From positions 1 through 64,000 of the forward strand of contig QPMI01000282.1 of assembly GCA_004431415.1 (NCBI GenBank): 64,000 nucleotides of DNA, written 5' to 3'. Numbering within the stretch: position 1 is the first letter of the stretch; the number at the start of each line of letters is the position of its first letter. The position numbers were made by a program, and so were the translations under genes. The notes below the pieces were generated by a model. It had not been told where the DNA came from. It did not search any database and saw nothing but the letters and a program-made list of their open reading frames with translations. This DNA comes from Cyanophora paradoxa CCMP329 (Eukaryota; Plantae; Glaucophyta). Positions 37,799-48,999 of the stretch are shown in pieces.

Positions 37799-38729
37799 TC
37801 ACGATCATGAGCCCCCGCGATCGGCCCCATGGCGTGGCCTGAGGCCAGGCCGGACGGGGTAGCGCTGTCGGGCAGGACCGATCTGAAAGGAAGGTATTCT
37901 AAAATCTACAGGAATCTGAATATCGATCGCATGCAATTGTTTGATGTATGTGCGCTGCGTCATGCTGCTGCGCATATGCATGCTGCTCCCCGCATGGACG
38001 TGCGGCTTGCAATTGCGATTGCAATATTAATTGCAATTGGTGCCGTGTCGGTCTAGATCTGACTCCAGGAGAATTATAATTAGAGGAAATACTACTAGTA
38101 CTACTACTAGGCTAGAGCGCATGCAGCCTGCAGCTAGCGCTGGCAGCTCGTCGACCAACCCGCCGGTTTAGCCAGATCGATATGTAGCAGGCCGGCCGCG
38201 GGCCAAGCAGTGCTGGTGTCTAGAGACTGTGGCCGGTTATTTACCAAAAAAGGCCTATCCATAGGCTGCCTTCAAATAAATGACATACACTGTTATTCGA
38301 ATTCTTGGCTTCATGCGCCGCGGCGCAGTTTTCGGCATTGGGGAAAGGAGAGACCCTTAAGCTTCTAATGAGGTTAAAGCTTAAGACCCCATGGGCCAAG
38401 GCCACTCCTGCTCCGCAGGCCTAGGGACTCGCTTGTTTGAATGAGCAAACTCAAGAAGCTTGAGTGTGGCCTGTCTATAGCTAGAAGGCAGGCTCGCTTT
38501 GCTATATATATATTTAATTTAGGAGCCGCTGAGCACATGTACATGCAGACTGAGGGGCCGGGTACAGCCTCCGGGTACAATTTTGCAAGAATTTGCGATT
38601 GAGTAATATTTATAGGTAGATATAGATGCCTGCTGCCCGAATTCGGCGAACCGGCGAATTCGAACTGTATATATTTTGTGCTAGTTTACTGTATCTTTGA
38701 TTTGTGATTGCTTTGTTGTCTTTAATATC

Positions 38730-38757
38730 ACTACCTACGGGGGGTTCGCCCCACCGT
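38730..38757 (-). repeat. Hairpin plus GTAG terminus (left member of a 22-bp inverted pair)
   Basis: actacctacggggggttcgccc (38730-38751) is the exact reverse complement of 44010-44031. Confidence 0.85.
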
Positions 38758-38924
38758 TAGCCCTGCCAAAAAAAAAAAGAATTCGAATAATTCGAACAAA
38801 TCCCCCTCTGTTCGATGTTTGTTCGTTCACTAGTCCCGGAGTCCCCGTGTTCATTCATGATTGTTCAGTGAACATGTTCGAACACCAAGGCTCCGGGATC
38901 CTTCTCCCCCCCCCCCTCCCCTCC

Positions 38925-41900
38925 GCCTACAACTATATCTCCGAGCACCTCCGCGCGGGCACTGCCCACATCCACCGTCGGAACGCCCGCCGAGCCGTCC
39001 ACCAAATGCAGCAAGCGTCTCGTGCCTCCAGGCGAGCAGAACGACAGAGGCGGCGCGAAGCCCGGGCTGCGCTAGGTCAGCATACACCAGGACTACCAAG
39101 CCTGCCCCTGCTGGTGGAAGAAGAACGGGTTCCAAACCGTGCATTCGATCGGGACAACGCACGAGCCGACCGCCTCGCCGCTGCGGCACTGGCTCTGCAC
39201 CCCAGCGCAGACCTCTCCCGGCAGGCACTCGACGGCCGGGAACTTTCTTCCTGGGCTGACCCTGAGGAAGCAGCCTGGCAATCTGACCCCGAAGACCCGT
39301 CCCCGGCCGCAACAGTTGCATCAAAACGCGCGTGGCACGCCCGCCGGGAGCCGGTCTTTCCCCCTGGCGGATTTGACATGGTCCTACTCTTTTCGCCCCC
39401 GCGCTGCTGGAACGAGAACTACGACACTCGTAGAGCTTACAGAGTTGAGTCTGACCCGCGAGCACACGTAAAAAATACGTGCGAATTTCGGAACTTCTCC
39501 CGTCTCCTTGCAACCGAAAAATGCCATTTGGGCAGTCCGGTAGACCGTGCGCGCCTCGCCCGCGAATACCGCAAGAAAGGGCTCTCCCGCGATGCATCGC
39601 ACCCCCTGAATGCGAGGCTTGCTCAAATCACGAAATTCAGCTCCGGACTCGCACCCCTCATGGGTGAACGTGCCCGGGACGCTCCCCATCTCTACAGTGC
39701 AATAAATCCAAATGGACTCTGTGTTCGCGCAGGCTGCGCGTCCGTGCTAGGCCCAGACGGCCGGCCCACCCCAGCCCCGCCATGGCAGCCGCCTGCGTCT
39801 GACCCCGAGGAAGACGGTGGGATCCGGAACGGCCCCAACGGCGACGGCACCCCGGCCGCACGAGACGCACGCCAGGCACCGCGGCCCCCCCCTATCGTTA
39901 GCGGGACGCCTGAAACCCACGACCATGCCTTTGGTCTCTGCCCAGCAACACGCACCCTCCGTATCGAAACCCAAACTAAGATATTCAACCTATTGTACGA
40001 AACCATATCGTCTCAACGCCTAAAAACTGCAGTCGATGCGGCTGCAGCTGGCGACCCAGCCTACAAGCTGCCCCCGGCCCTGCGCCAGGACGGACTGTTG
40101 CTGCGCCAACTGTTCCCGGCCTTTGTACTGGCTGACGATGCAAACTGGGGATGGTCAGAGCGTCAGCGCCAACGGCCGGGCCCCCTTCCTTCGCACCTCA
40201 CGCAGCCACTCTATGGCCTGCCCGATCAGTGGCAAAGCCTCGGCAGCAAACTCTTCGCCGACCTTGCCTGCGATTCTCCCCGCCACACCGTCAGGCTCCT
40301 CCTTCCTCGTAGCCTCATCCCTGCCCTGATTTACTTAGATGTACGTAGACCGGCGGCGCTTAAATGCGCCAACGCAATTATGGCCACCATCATAGACTAC
40401 ACCCAAGCAATCTGGAAGGCTCGCAATAGCGAAGTCCAGTCCTGGCAACGCCGACACGGGATTACTCGCCGCCAAACTCATGCACCTCGACCCTCGCGCC
40501 CTGCCGAGCCCTCACCGGCGAGGTCGATGACAGCCAGGATTAGGGATGAGCCCACGAGCCCCTCGACCGTGGTGGCCCCGGCCCCGCGTCGACGGATACC
40601 CAACGGCCAGCTCACCCTCTCATCAGACCTACAATTAGTCAGCCAGTCGCGCCGCTCTCGAACCCGCGCTGCTCCCCCAGCACCAGGGCCGGCCACGGCC
40701 CCCCCTACAACAGCGATACCCGCAACGCCGGTGCCCCCTACCGCCGCCCCGAGCTCGAGCCCGAGACCTAGACCTGTAGCTAGGCCGGCAGCTGCTAACA
40801 GCATCACCAATATTAATGCCAATAATGCAGGGTGGCCGGCTCCGCCGTCCCCACCTGCATTACGTGCCGCCTGGGCCCAAGTACGCCGCTCCCCTACCCG
40901 CGCTCTACCCAACAGCGCAGTCCGAGAGCTCCCGGCAGCCCGCAGCGGCCCCGCTGCACTGTTTGGCAGTGCCTCCGTATCGCTCCATGACCTAGCCACG
41001 CTGAACGGCTCGTCCTGGGTGAACGCCGACGTCATCAACTACTACCTTGCCCGACTAAACCTTCTTGCGAGCGGAGAAATTAACCCTCGCCGACGCGTCT
41101 TACTTTTCCCGCATACTTTCTACGCCGCTATTCCCCAGACAATAACGCCGGCGGGCAGCGCCCGCCTGCGCCGTCGCACCGCTGGGCGCGGAATTAATGT
41201 CTTTGACTATGACCTATTACTCTTCCCTATCCACACCCCGGGCCACTGGATCCTTGCAGCCCTCCATCTCCGTGCTCGCCGTGCTGAACTATACGATGGA
41301 TACAATCTCCCGGGCCCCGAAGAGGCCCGCCGTCAACTCCTGCCCCTCCTAAAATGGCTCAACATGGAGCGCGAATGCGCAGCCCTAGGCTCCTCGACCG
41401 GCGCCGACGACGCTCTCACCTGGCCCCTCCCCTCAGCCACCCGATTCCCCATCCCGGCCCAAAACGATCGCTTCAACTGCGGGATTTTCGTCTGTGCCTT
41501 CGCCGAAATACTTGTCCGTGCTCTGGAACATGACCCCACGGCCTACACACCCTCCTTCACGGGCACTGTGTCTAACTGCGCCACCTGGCGCGGCCTCATT
41601 CTTTCTCGGATTCTAGGCTCGCAGGCCTTGGATACGGAGGCGCCCACGAGCACCGCCTCCCAGCCCGAGCAGCCCCGGGCAATACCGGTGGCTGCGCCGG
41701 CCCCGGGAGAACTGCCACGGGATGCCCCCCTCAGCTGCCGGTGCGGTTACGCTGCCGCCTCCCCCGAAGCCCTGGCGCAGCACAAACGCAAAGGAAAATG
41801 TACCGCTCCAGTGTCGCCCCCCAAAACCAGCGAGACAGACCGCGCCCCCCAAGATGAAGCCATTGCAGGCCCATCCAGGCCCAAAATAGTCACGCCCGCA

Positions 41901-42725
41901 CCGGAACCCCAATACCGGCCCCCGCTGAGCGCGCAGCCTACCCCAAGGCCTGCGGCCCGGAACTCGCGAGCAGACATCCGCACCTTCTTCCAACCCCGCC
42001 CGCGCCCGTCGGCCGTCAGCGACACCTCTATAGCTAGGCCTGCAGCTAACCCGACCTCCACGACGCCCCCCAGGCTGAGCTCGAGCTCACCTACAGACAG
42101 GCCCCAGAGTGCAAAGGACAGTCCGCCAACGCAAGTGCCCCCGCCTGACACACCAGTGGCACAAGCCGACGGCACGGCAACAGTGCGGACGCGACGCCCG
42201 CGCCTCCTTCGAGAAATTCAAGAGTCGGCGGGATTCCGTGCAGCCCGAGGCAATAATTCCGGACCCGGACCTCGCCCCCGCAGATCTAGAACAGCTGCAG
42301 CAGCTTCCGTCACCCCTGCTGCTGCTCATGGTCACGCCCAGCGGCGGGATGGAGCGTCGTCCGCAGCCGCATCAGCTGTGCCCGAGCCTCTTCCCGAACC
42401 TCAAGACCGGCCTCCCCCACAAGACCGGCCGCCGCCCCGCCCTCCCCACCGAAGAGGCCCGGCCCTCACCCCAGCCTCCTCCCCCGCACCCTCCCCTCCT
42501 CCACCCTTCCTCTTCTCGAAACGGGCTCTCCAGCTCCACCCTCCCCATCTCGCCCCTCCAGCAACCTGTCCCATCTGTTCCATGTCGCTCCACCGACACC
42601 GCCACCTCCACCGCCTTCCACGCCCGCTCCTCTGTCCTGCACGGGAACACGTGAGGTACCACCGCGGAGATCTCCTCCTCTCTCTTCTCATCTTTGGGAT
42701 CTCGCCGCTTGGCTTTAAACCCTGA
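38925..42725 (+). CDS. Truncated LINE ORF2 C-terminus: RNase H-like tail, CCHC zinc knuckle, Ulp1/C48 SUMO-type protease, low-complexity tail
   Basis: NARADRLA; LCVRAGC...ETHDHAFGLCP; AIWKARN; Ulp1 motifs WVNADVINYY, LLFPIHTPGHW, YDG, QNDRFNCGIFVC. No RT or endonuclease is present because of the truncation. Confidence 0.88.
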   Translation, partial: AYNYISEHLRAGTAHIHRRNARRAVHQMQQASRASRRAERQRRREARAALGQHTPGLPSLPLLVEEERVPNRAFDRDNARADRLAAAALALHPSADLSRQALDGRELSSWADPEEAAWQSDPEDPSPAATVASKRAWHARREPVFPPGGFDMVLLFSPPRCWNENYDTRRAYRVESDPRAHVKNTCEFRNFSRLLATEKCHLGSPVDRARLAREYRKKGLSRDASHPLNARLAQITKFSSGLAPLMGERARDAPHLYSAINPNGLCVRAGCASVLGPDGRPTPAPPWQPPASDPEEDGGIRNGPNGDGTPAARDARQAPRPPPIVSGTPETHDHAFGLCPATRTLRIETQTKIFNLLYETISSQRLKTAVDAAAAGDPAYKLPPALRQDGLLLRQLFPAFVLADDANWGWSERQRQRPGPLPSHLTQPLYGLPDQWQSLGSKLFADLACDSPRHTVRLLLPRSLIPALIYLDVRRPAALKCANAIMATIIDYTQAIWKARNSEVQSWQRRHGITRRQTHAPRPSRPAEPSPARSMTARIRDEPTSPSTVVAPAPRRRIPNGQLTLSSDLQLVSQSRRSRTRAAPPAPGPATAPPTTAIPATPVPPTAAPSSSPRPRPVARPAAANSITNINANNAGWPAPPSPPALRAAWAQVRRSPTRALPNSAVRELPAARSGPAALFGSASVSLHDLATLNGSSWVNADVINYYLARLNLLASGEINPRRRVLLFPHTFYAAIPQTITPAGSARLRRRTAGRGINVFDYDLLLFPIHTPGHWILAALHLRARRAELYDGYNLPGPEEARRQLLPLLKWLNMERECAALGSSTGADDALTWPLPSATRFPIPAQNDRFNCGIFVCAFAEILVRALEHDPTAYTPSFTGTVSNCATWRGLILSRILGSQALDTEAPTSTASQPEQPRAIPVAAPAPGELPRDAPLSCRCGYAAASPEALAQHKRKGKCTAPVSPPKTSETDRAPQDEAIAGPSRPKIVTPAPEPQYRPPLSAQPTPRPAARNSRADIRTFFQPRPRPSAVSDTSIARPAANPTSTTPPRLSSSSPTDRPQSAKDSPPTQVPPPDTPVAQADGTATVRTRRPRLLREIQESAGFRAARGNNSGPGPRPRRSRTAAAASVTPAAAHGHAQRRDGASSAAASAVPEPLPEPQDRPPPQDRPPPRPPHRRGPALTPASSPAPSPPPPFLFSKRALQLHPPHLAPPATCPICSMSLHRHRHLHRLPRPLLCPAREHVRYHRGDLLLSLLIFGISPLGFKP

Positions 42726-43038
42726 GCCTGCCAGCCCAACAATCTCCCCGGCCCCAGCCCCCTGCCACCTCTCTACCCCACCCCATCGTGACCGGCCCTG
42801 GCCCGTCGCGGGGGGGGAGGCTCCGAGAGAGCCGCCTCAAGGGTAGAGGGGGCGGGGCTCGCAATAGGGTATAGCCCTTGGGGCGCCTAGTCGGAGACCC
42901 AATAGTGGGGAGTAGACTAGGCTAAAGTATATTAGTTGGCCTAGGGTAGACCTAGGCCTAGGGTAGACAGAAAACGATGTTTTTTGTGTACCAGGGGCTC
43001 TGTCCCCTAATAAACTACGGAAAACTCAAAAAAAAAAA
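38925..43038 (+). mobile_element. 5'-truncated non-LTR retrotransposon (L1/Tx1-like LINE)
   Basis: 13-bp TSD ccccctcccctcc at 38912-38924 and 43039-43051; AATAAA at 43009; A11 tail at 43028-43038; intronless ORF with LINE ORF2 C-terminal motifs. Confidence 0.9.
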
Positions 43039-43207
43039 CCCCCTCCCCTCCCCCAGAGAGCTTCTCGCGCTTCGCGCGATATAAAGAAAGAAAGTGTGCA
43101 ACCGTTCGGCCAATCGCACACTGCACGGAAACGCTTTAGGCATTTTAATTGATGCATCAACTGGGGGTGCATCCGTGACAGAACGCTAAGAAACTACCCT
43201 CGGACAG

Positions 43208-43302
43208 GTTTCCGACGGTTTCCGTGCCGAAAATCACCTGTTTCCGACGGTTTCCGTGCCGAAAACCGTATAATCATCTGTTTCCGCCGGTTTCCGTGCC
43301 GA
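43208..43302. repeat. Three direct copies of gtttccg(a/c)cggtttccgtgccga
   Basis: Copies start at 43208, 43240 and 43280. Confidence 0.9.
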
Positions 43303-43344
43303 TCGCGAAAATCGCCCGAAACCGGGGCCCCGGGGGCCCCTTGC

Positions 43345-43440
43345 TGTTCAGTGAATTTCGAACAGCGGCCGCTTTGTTCATGTTCGTTCAGTTCAGCAAA
43401 ATGGCTGTTCGTTCATGTTCGTTCGAACTATGTTCGTTCA
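43345..43440. repeat. TGTTC/GTTCGTTCA motif cluster, also present at ~38790-38884
   Basis: tgttcagtgaa and gttcgttca occur on both sides of the LINE. Confidence 0.75.
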
Positions 43441-44003
43441 GGACCCCCCCCTATAGCTAGCTGTAGAGGGGCGCGTCGAGCTAGGGGGGGTCCTAGGCCT
43501 GGAACGACGGCTGCGCGTGTGTGCGCGAGAAAGACGCATCATTAAGAATTATGAAGTGCCGCGTTGCATCGATATATCCGCCGGCCGCGCACCAGCGCTA
43601 GCGCGCAGGATGGTGAGGACGATCGGGATGAAAGTGGCTACGAACACTGTGACAGGAAGCGGCACACCATGGCCATGACCACCTGGGGGGGAATCGCAAG
43701 CAGGCCGTGGTAATTATAATATATAGATATTAGCTGGTGGCCATGGCGATGAGAGGGACGAATAAGGTGGCGGACGCGTACGAGATCGAGCTTAAAGCTT
43801 TCTCCTCATTTTGTCAGGATCGTAGTCCTGGATGGTCAGAAGGCCCAGGAAAAACTTGAAATCTCTGCGGCTCGTAGCCCGTGAGGCCCTCCTCCTGCGC
43901 GCGCTCCGCGGCCGAATTGTGGCCGTACGCGTGGCCGCGACCACGCAGCTTCTTGACCTGCAGACTGCAGTGCGTTCTAATTACTAATTTTTTTTGAGAG
44001 ACT

Positions 44004-44031
44004 ACGGAAGGGCGAACCCCCCGTAGGTAGT
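44004..44031 (+). repeat. Hairpin plus GTAG terminus (right member of the inverted pair)
   Basis: acggaagggcgaaccccccgtaggtagt, preceded by a T run. Confidence 0.85.
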
Positions 44032-44311
44032 AAAATTAGCTACTGCAGCTAGCGCTGCAGCTGCAGCCTGCAGCCTGCAGGCCCTGCATCTGAGGCTGCA
44101 GCGGCTGCAGGTTGCCACGGTTGCACCGTTCTTGCACTGCCGCAGTGCGTCCGGCACGGTGAGCTTGCACCCGTGGGCCGTGCGGCCCGTCAGTGGCCCA
44201 CGGGTGCTTGTACGCCCTAGCCGGGCTAGCCCCGGGCCCCCGTCAGTGGGCCGTCACCCGCCGCCGGGCCGCCGGGCCGTGTGCGCGGTTAATTGCTAAG
44301 TAAACTTGAAA

Positions 44312-44378
44312 TTTGCAACTTGCAAGTTAACAACTTGCAAGCCTTGCAATTGAAGTTGCAACTTGCAACTTGCAAGTT
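44312..44378. repeat. TTGCAA(C) palindromic microarray
   Basis: ttgcaacttgcaagtt...ttgcaacttgcaacttgcaagtt. Confidence 0.85.
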
Positions 44379-44486
44379 CGCGGCCGGCGCCGGCGCGCGG
44401 CCGCGTGTGCCGGCCGCGGGCCGCGCGCGGAGTCCGGCCGGAGTCCGCGCGCGGAGGAGGCCGCGCGACTCCAGTATACCGCGTCA

Positions 44487-44768
44487 GGCACTAAATTACT
44501 GCGGCGTTAATTAACGCGGTTTCAAAAATGGCCCTCCTCTGCATGAGCGAAATACCGCGGTACCAAATAAACGCGGGTTTAAAAATTTGAGGCTTGTATG
44601 GGGCAGTAATTTTAGGGGGTACTGTATAAAGCGATTTCTCAGCAGCAAATTATACGTACTACCGTATACCGGTACCGCGGCAGCTAGTGCGGCGGCACCA
44701 ATTAAATTATCGCGTTTTAACAAACTTTTGGCGCGCTAATTAATTTGGTACCGCATTAGTTAAGTGCC
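44487..44768. mobile_element. Possible MITE remnant
   Basis: Imperfect terminal inverted repeat ggcactaaattactgcgg / ccgcattagttaagtgcc (15 of 18 match); AT-rich non-coding interior; no TSD found. Confidence 0.35.
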
Positions 44769-44977
44769 CGCGCGCGCGGTACTTAAGTGCCCTACGGTAT
44801 ATACGTACCCGGCCCCTGGTAGCCTGCTGGCCGGGCCCGGGCAGCCTGCACTGCGGCAGGCGATCATCGGATCACGCTCCAGCTGAGCTGCAGCCGCGAG
44901 CCTCGAGCTCCTGGAGTCCAGCTGAAGGGTTCATTGTCCCTCACCGGTGCCGGCTTTTAGATTCCGAAGTTCTCGTC

Positions 44978-45739
44978 ATGGGTTGGGCTGCGCTCGGCCG
45001 CCTCTTCACAACCATAGGCCAAATTGGGGGTTCGCCGATGGTCAACCCGCACCTCCACAACGCCGCCAACTCCGTCTTGGCCATGGCCCGCGGTCGAGGC
45101 GCTGACGGCGGAGGCGCTGGCGGCGGGGGCGACGACCCTGTCAGATTTCAGCCCTCTTCCCGCACAACACTCGGTGCGCATGCGCGCCGCGGCCGTTTGA
45201 CCCGGCGAATTCCGTGCTGCTTCGAATTCCGGTCGCCGAGTCGGCGTCTGTGATTCTATGCATTAATATTGCAATTGACCATGGGCCATGATCAGACCGG
45301 ACTAAGGCTTACATGTGCGTGGGCGGCTGCGGCAGCAGTTCCCTTCGAAATGCGCGTGCACGTGCCTCCTTGCGATTGCTTCCTTCTGATCTTCGTCCTC
45401 GCGATCGACCGCCTTGACGCCGCACCGCAGCCCTATCAGATGCCGGAAGACGAGGTCTTCCAGGTGGACCAGGTGCGCCAGTACGTGGCGGAGGCGGAGG
45501 CGGACCCCCTCGCGGACGTCGAAGCCGACGGGGCCGCCGGCGCTGCCCCTCTCGACCTCGAGGTGCCGGCGCCCCCGGGCCCGCCGGCCCCGCTGGCCCC
45601 GCGCCCTCCGACGCGCGCGGCTGCGCAGGCTGGCTACGAGGGCGAGGAGCAGGGAGCGCACGCCGGCGCCGACGGCGCGCTCGCCGCCGCCTTCGGCCTC
45701 GAGTTCGCCGACGGCCACCAGCTGCCGCACCTCCTCTGA
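44978..45739 (+). CDS. Small hypothetical spliced protein
   Basis: MGWAALGRLF... exon ending at a gtgcgc donor; acidic last exon PYQMPEDEVFQVDQVRQY after gcag. Confidence 0.45.
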
Positions 45740-46844
45740 TCATGAGGGGCCCCGCGTTACCAGACTTTGGCTCCCAGTTGAGCTCATGATCAGGGGCTGA
45801 TTGCATTAATTGGTTTTTTGATGAATATATAATTCGAATGAAGACGCGACGGCATTTTGCTCCGTTTGCCGTGCCACGGGTAGCGACACTGTGGCATTCG
45901 CGTGTTTAATTTGGAAAACTGTCCGAATACATGAATAGGGCCTGCCAGGCGGCGCCTGCGGAGGGTGCCTCCAACTTGGCAAGAGCCGAGAATTGATCAT
46001 GATCATGACGTTTTGATTTAGAGCGCCAGGCTCGGGCTCGCACGGAGCTCCGTCGGCTGCGCCACGCCAATTCGCAAGCGACGCAGTGCACGTGGCTGAG
46101 TGGCGGGGGTACGGTTGTCGGGGTACGGAAAGAGGGAGCCGGGGGCCTAGCGCCGCGGAGGAACTTTAGGATCAATCACTGAGTTGGCGCTAGCTATTTA
46201 GCTGGTCACGTGGGGGCCCCCGGATATGCGCCCAATGCATGATCATGAGGACTCCGGTCCCAGGACAGATCAAGAGGCTCTGAGGCCTTCAAGGCTTGCC
46301 AAGTTGTGACAAACTGTGACGCCGTGACGTGTGCACGTGTGATAGCACGTGTACTAGTTTTTACGGCGACGCACCATATGCAAATGCGCATGCATATGCA
46401 TGCGTCGCCGAGTCGTTCGAATTTCGAATTCGAAATCACGATCAATCGATATTCGATGATCCGCGAGATCAATCGTGGCCTCGCGATCCATCGTGCACGT
46501 GCACGTGCGCATGCACTTGAACTGATTGCTGAGCTTGATTGCTGAACTGATTGCATTTCTCGAGCTCTCCCTTGCCCCCTAGGCCTCCCTCCCGGGCGCC
46601 TAGGCCTGCCCCACATGCACATGTACAGTTCTTTGCACTAGATCTAGCTCAGAATTCGCCGGCGCTTCGGTATTCGGGGATCCCTTCTCGAGCTCCCTCA
46701 ATTTAATTTCACCCTCAATTTGCAGAACGCGGTCGCAGTCCTCTCTCATTGTCGATACTTTCAATGCCTAAAATAAACATGCGGTGCGCTGCGCCGTGGG
46801 CACACATGGAGCGGGGCGGGGCGGGGGGGCCCGGGGTCCGACGG

Positions 46845-48629
46845 TCAGTGGGAGGGCGGGGCGGAGCCGGAGCCGGAGCCGGGGCCGGCGGGGCGCCCAA
46901 GGAATGCGAGGGCGCGCTCGAGGGCGGCGCGGGCGAGGCGGGCGCGCTCGGCGACGAGCGAGGAGGGGACCTCGCTCGCCGCCGCCGCCTCCGCCTCCTG
47001 CTCCGCCATTGCCCCCGCCGCCTCCGCCAGCTCCCGCGCCAGCGCCGCCTCCTCCTCCTCGGGGCGCCCCCGCCCCAGCCCCCGCTCCCGCTCCCGCTCC
47101 CGCTCGGCGGCCTCGCGGAGGGCGCGGGCGCGGCCGGCGGCGGCCTCGCGCGCCGCCGCCAGCGCCTCCGCCTGCGCGTCCAGCAGCGCCACAAGCCTGG
47201 GTGGGGGAGAATCAAGGGGGGGGAAGCGGGAAGGGGGTACAGCGGCGCACTGGGTCTCCCCATCGAGGAGGGCGTCGAAGGGGGGCGGGGGCGCCTCAGC
47301 TGAGCTGGGGGCGGGGGCGGCGCGGGAAACGGGACCCGCCGGGAGCCGGGCCGGGGCGACGGCGGAGGCGCCGGCGGAGGCGCCGGCGGAGGCGGCGGAG
47401 GCGAGGGGCGAGAAGGCGGTACCCGGGGACCCGGACATGGGGAGGGGGGAGGGGCAGGAGGCGGGGGAGGGCGGGTGGCTGCCGGCCCGCAGGTGCTCGG
47501 GGGCCGGGTGGAGCAGGGGCGAGTGGCCGCCCCGCAGGGAGGCGCCGTCGGGTATGTGGAGCCACTGCATGCTGGCGCCGGCGCCGCCGAGGCTGGCGTG
47601 CCGCAGGGCCCTCACGGAGGACGTGCCGGGGGCCCCCGGCGTGAGGGACCGCGCGAGCGGCGAGTCCTGCCCGCCCGCCCGCCCGCCCCGTCGGTCGGGG
47701 GCAGAAATGGGGCGGCGGGCGGGGCGGCGGAGGCGCACCAAGTGCTGCCCTAGGACCTGGAGGCCTTCGTCCAGGGGTACGCTCGCGCTGCGGGCGGCGG
47801 CCGTCAGCGAGCGGCGGGTGAGGGGGGGGGGTACGCGCACCTCCCGGAGCGGTGGAGGACGCGGTCGGCGGGCCGCTCGGCGCTGCGCTCGCGCTCGCCG
47901 CCGCGGCTCATGCTCGTGCGCTCGAAGGCCGGCGAGAGCGAGGGGCGGCGCCCCGCCGCCGAGTTGAGGTCTCGCCGCCGGACCGAGCCGGCGTCGCTGT
48001 GGTCCAGGGCCGCCATCGCGGCGGCGAGGACGCCGCCCCCCGGGGTGACGGCGCCCGCATCCAGCCCCGGCAGCGTCACTTTCTCGGCGGTCCGGTCCCT
48101 GAGCGCGTCCAGCTCGTCGACTGCGGGCGGGCGCCGGGCGCCGGGCGGGCCGCGGTCAGCGCCGCGCGCGGGCGCGCGCGGGCGGCCGGCCCACCGATCT
48201 TCCCCGCGCTCGGCCTCCGGGGCGCGCTCTGGTTCAGCGACCCGATCTTGAGGGACCCCGATACCGCCTCGGGGATCGCGGCGAAGGGGATGTGCGCGAC
48301 GTGGCTGTGCGATCGGCTCCGCTCCAGCGTTTCTTCGCTCTCCGCGACCAGCGGCATGCTGTACGAAGCTTAGCTGGCACTCGAGGAGCGCGCGGGGGCC
48401 GGGCCGACGCACCCGGGGGCATCGTGGCAGAACGAGACGCGCCGGGCCGAGCGCGCCGTCTGCGCCTGCCCCTCATCGGCCATCTCGACTCGTGCAGCTT
48501 GTGCCGGAGCACTCCCGTGTCCTTCTCAGAGTCTAGATATGCCGCCCTGCCACTGCGCGGGGAATCTGCGCGGGCGACTCGGGCGGCTTCCAGCTTCGCA
48601 GCTAGCGCATCCGCGATCAACGCACCCAC
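46845..48629 (-). CDS. Hypothetical protein with C-terminal coiled coil
   Basis: Exons SMPLVAESEETLERS, VDELDALRDRTAEK and LVALLDAQAEALAAARE...ERALAFLG. Start uncertain. Confidence 0.5.
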
Positions 48630-48999
48630 TGAGTCAAGCTACAGGCTTCACAGGGGATTGAGCTGGGTTCGGGGCAGAGCTGGATGTGCGCAATACGCGA
48701 ACGGGTGTTGGTGCTTTAGTCTCTGCTGCAGATTCGTCTCCTGCTCAGCAACGAGAAACGCGACCCGGGCTAGCGCTGCAGCTGGGCTGGCTTGAAGTCG
48801 TTCCGCGAAAGCTTGCAAGCGAGGCTGTACCCGGGCGAAGACGAGCTCACGAACGAGGGACCGGAGCAGCGCGGCCGGGGCAGCGAGCGAGTAACAGGTG
48901 AGGGCGCCGCGCCAATGCAAGAGCGGCGCCGCCTCGCCGTGCGCCGCGCCAATGCAATCGGCGCAGCGGGCTTTTGGTGCGGGAGAAAGAGCATTGAGC

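Noticed and set aside
38697-38924. N-terminus of the 1342-aa ORF
   Set aside because: Lies outside the TSD in host repeat DNA; chance read-through from a TTG, not part of the LINE protein.
43208-43302. CRISPR-like array
   Set aside because: Only three repeats with short unequal spacers (9 and 17 nt), eukaryotic context, no cas genes.
38729-44032. CACTA transposon carrying Ulp1
   Set aside because: Only the left end reads CACTA (the right reads TACTA), there is no 3-bp TSD, and Ulp1 lies within the TSD-bounded poly(A) element.
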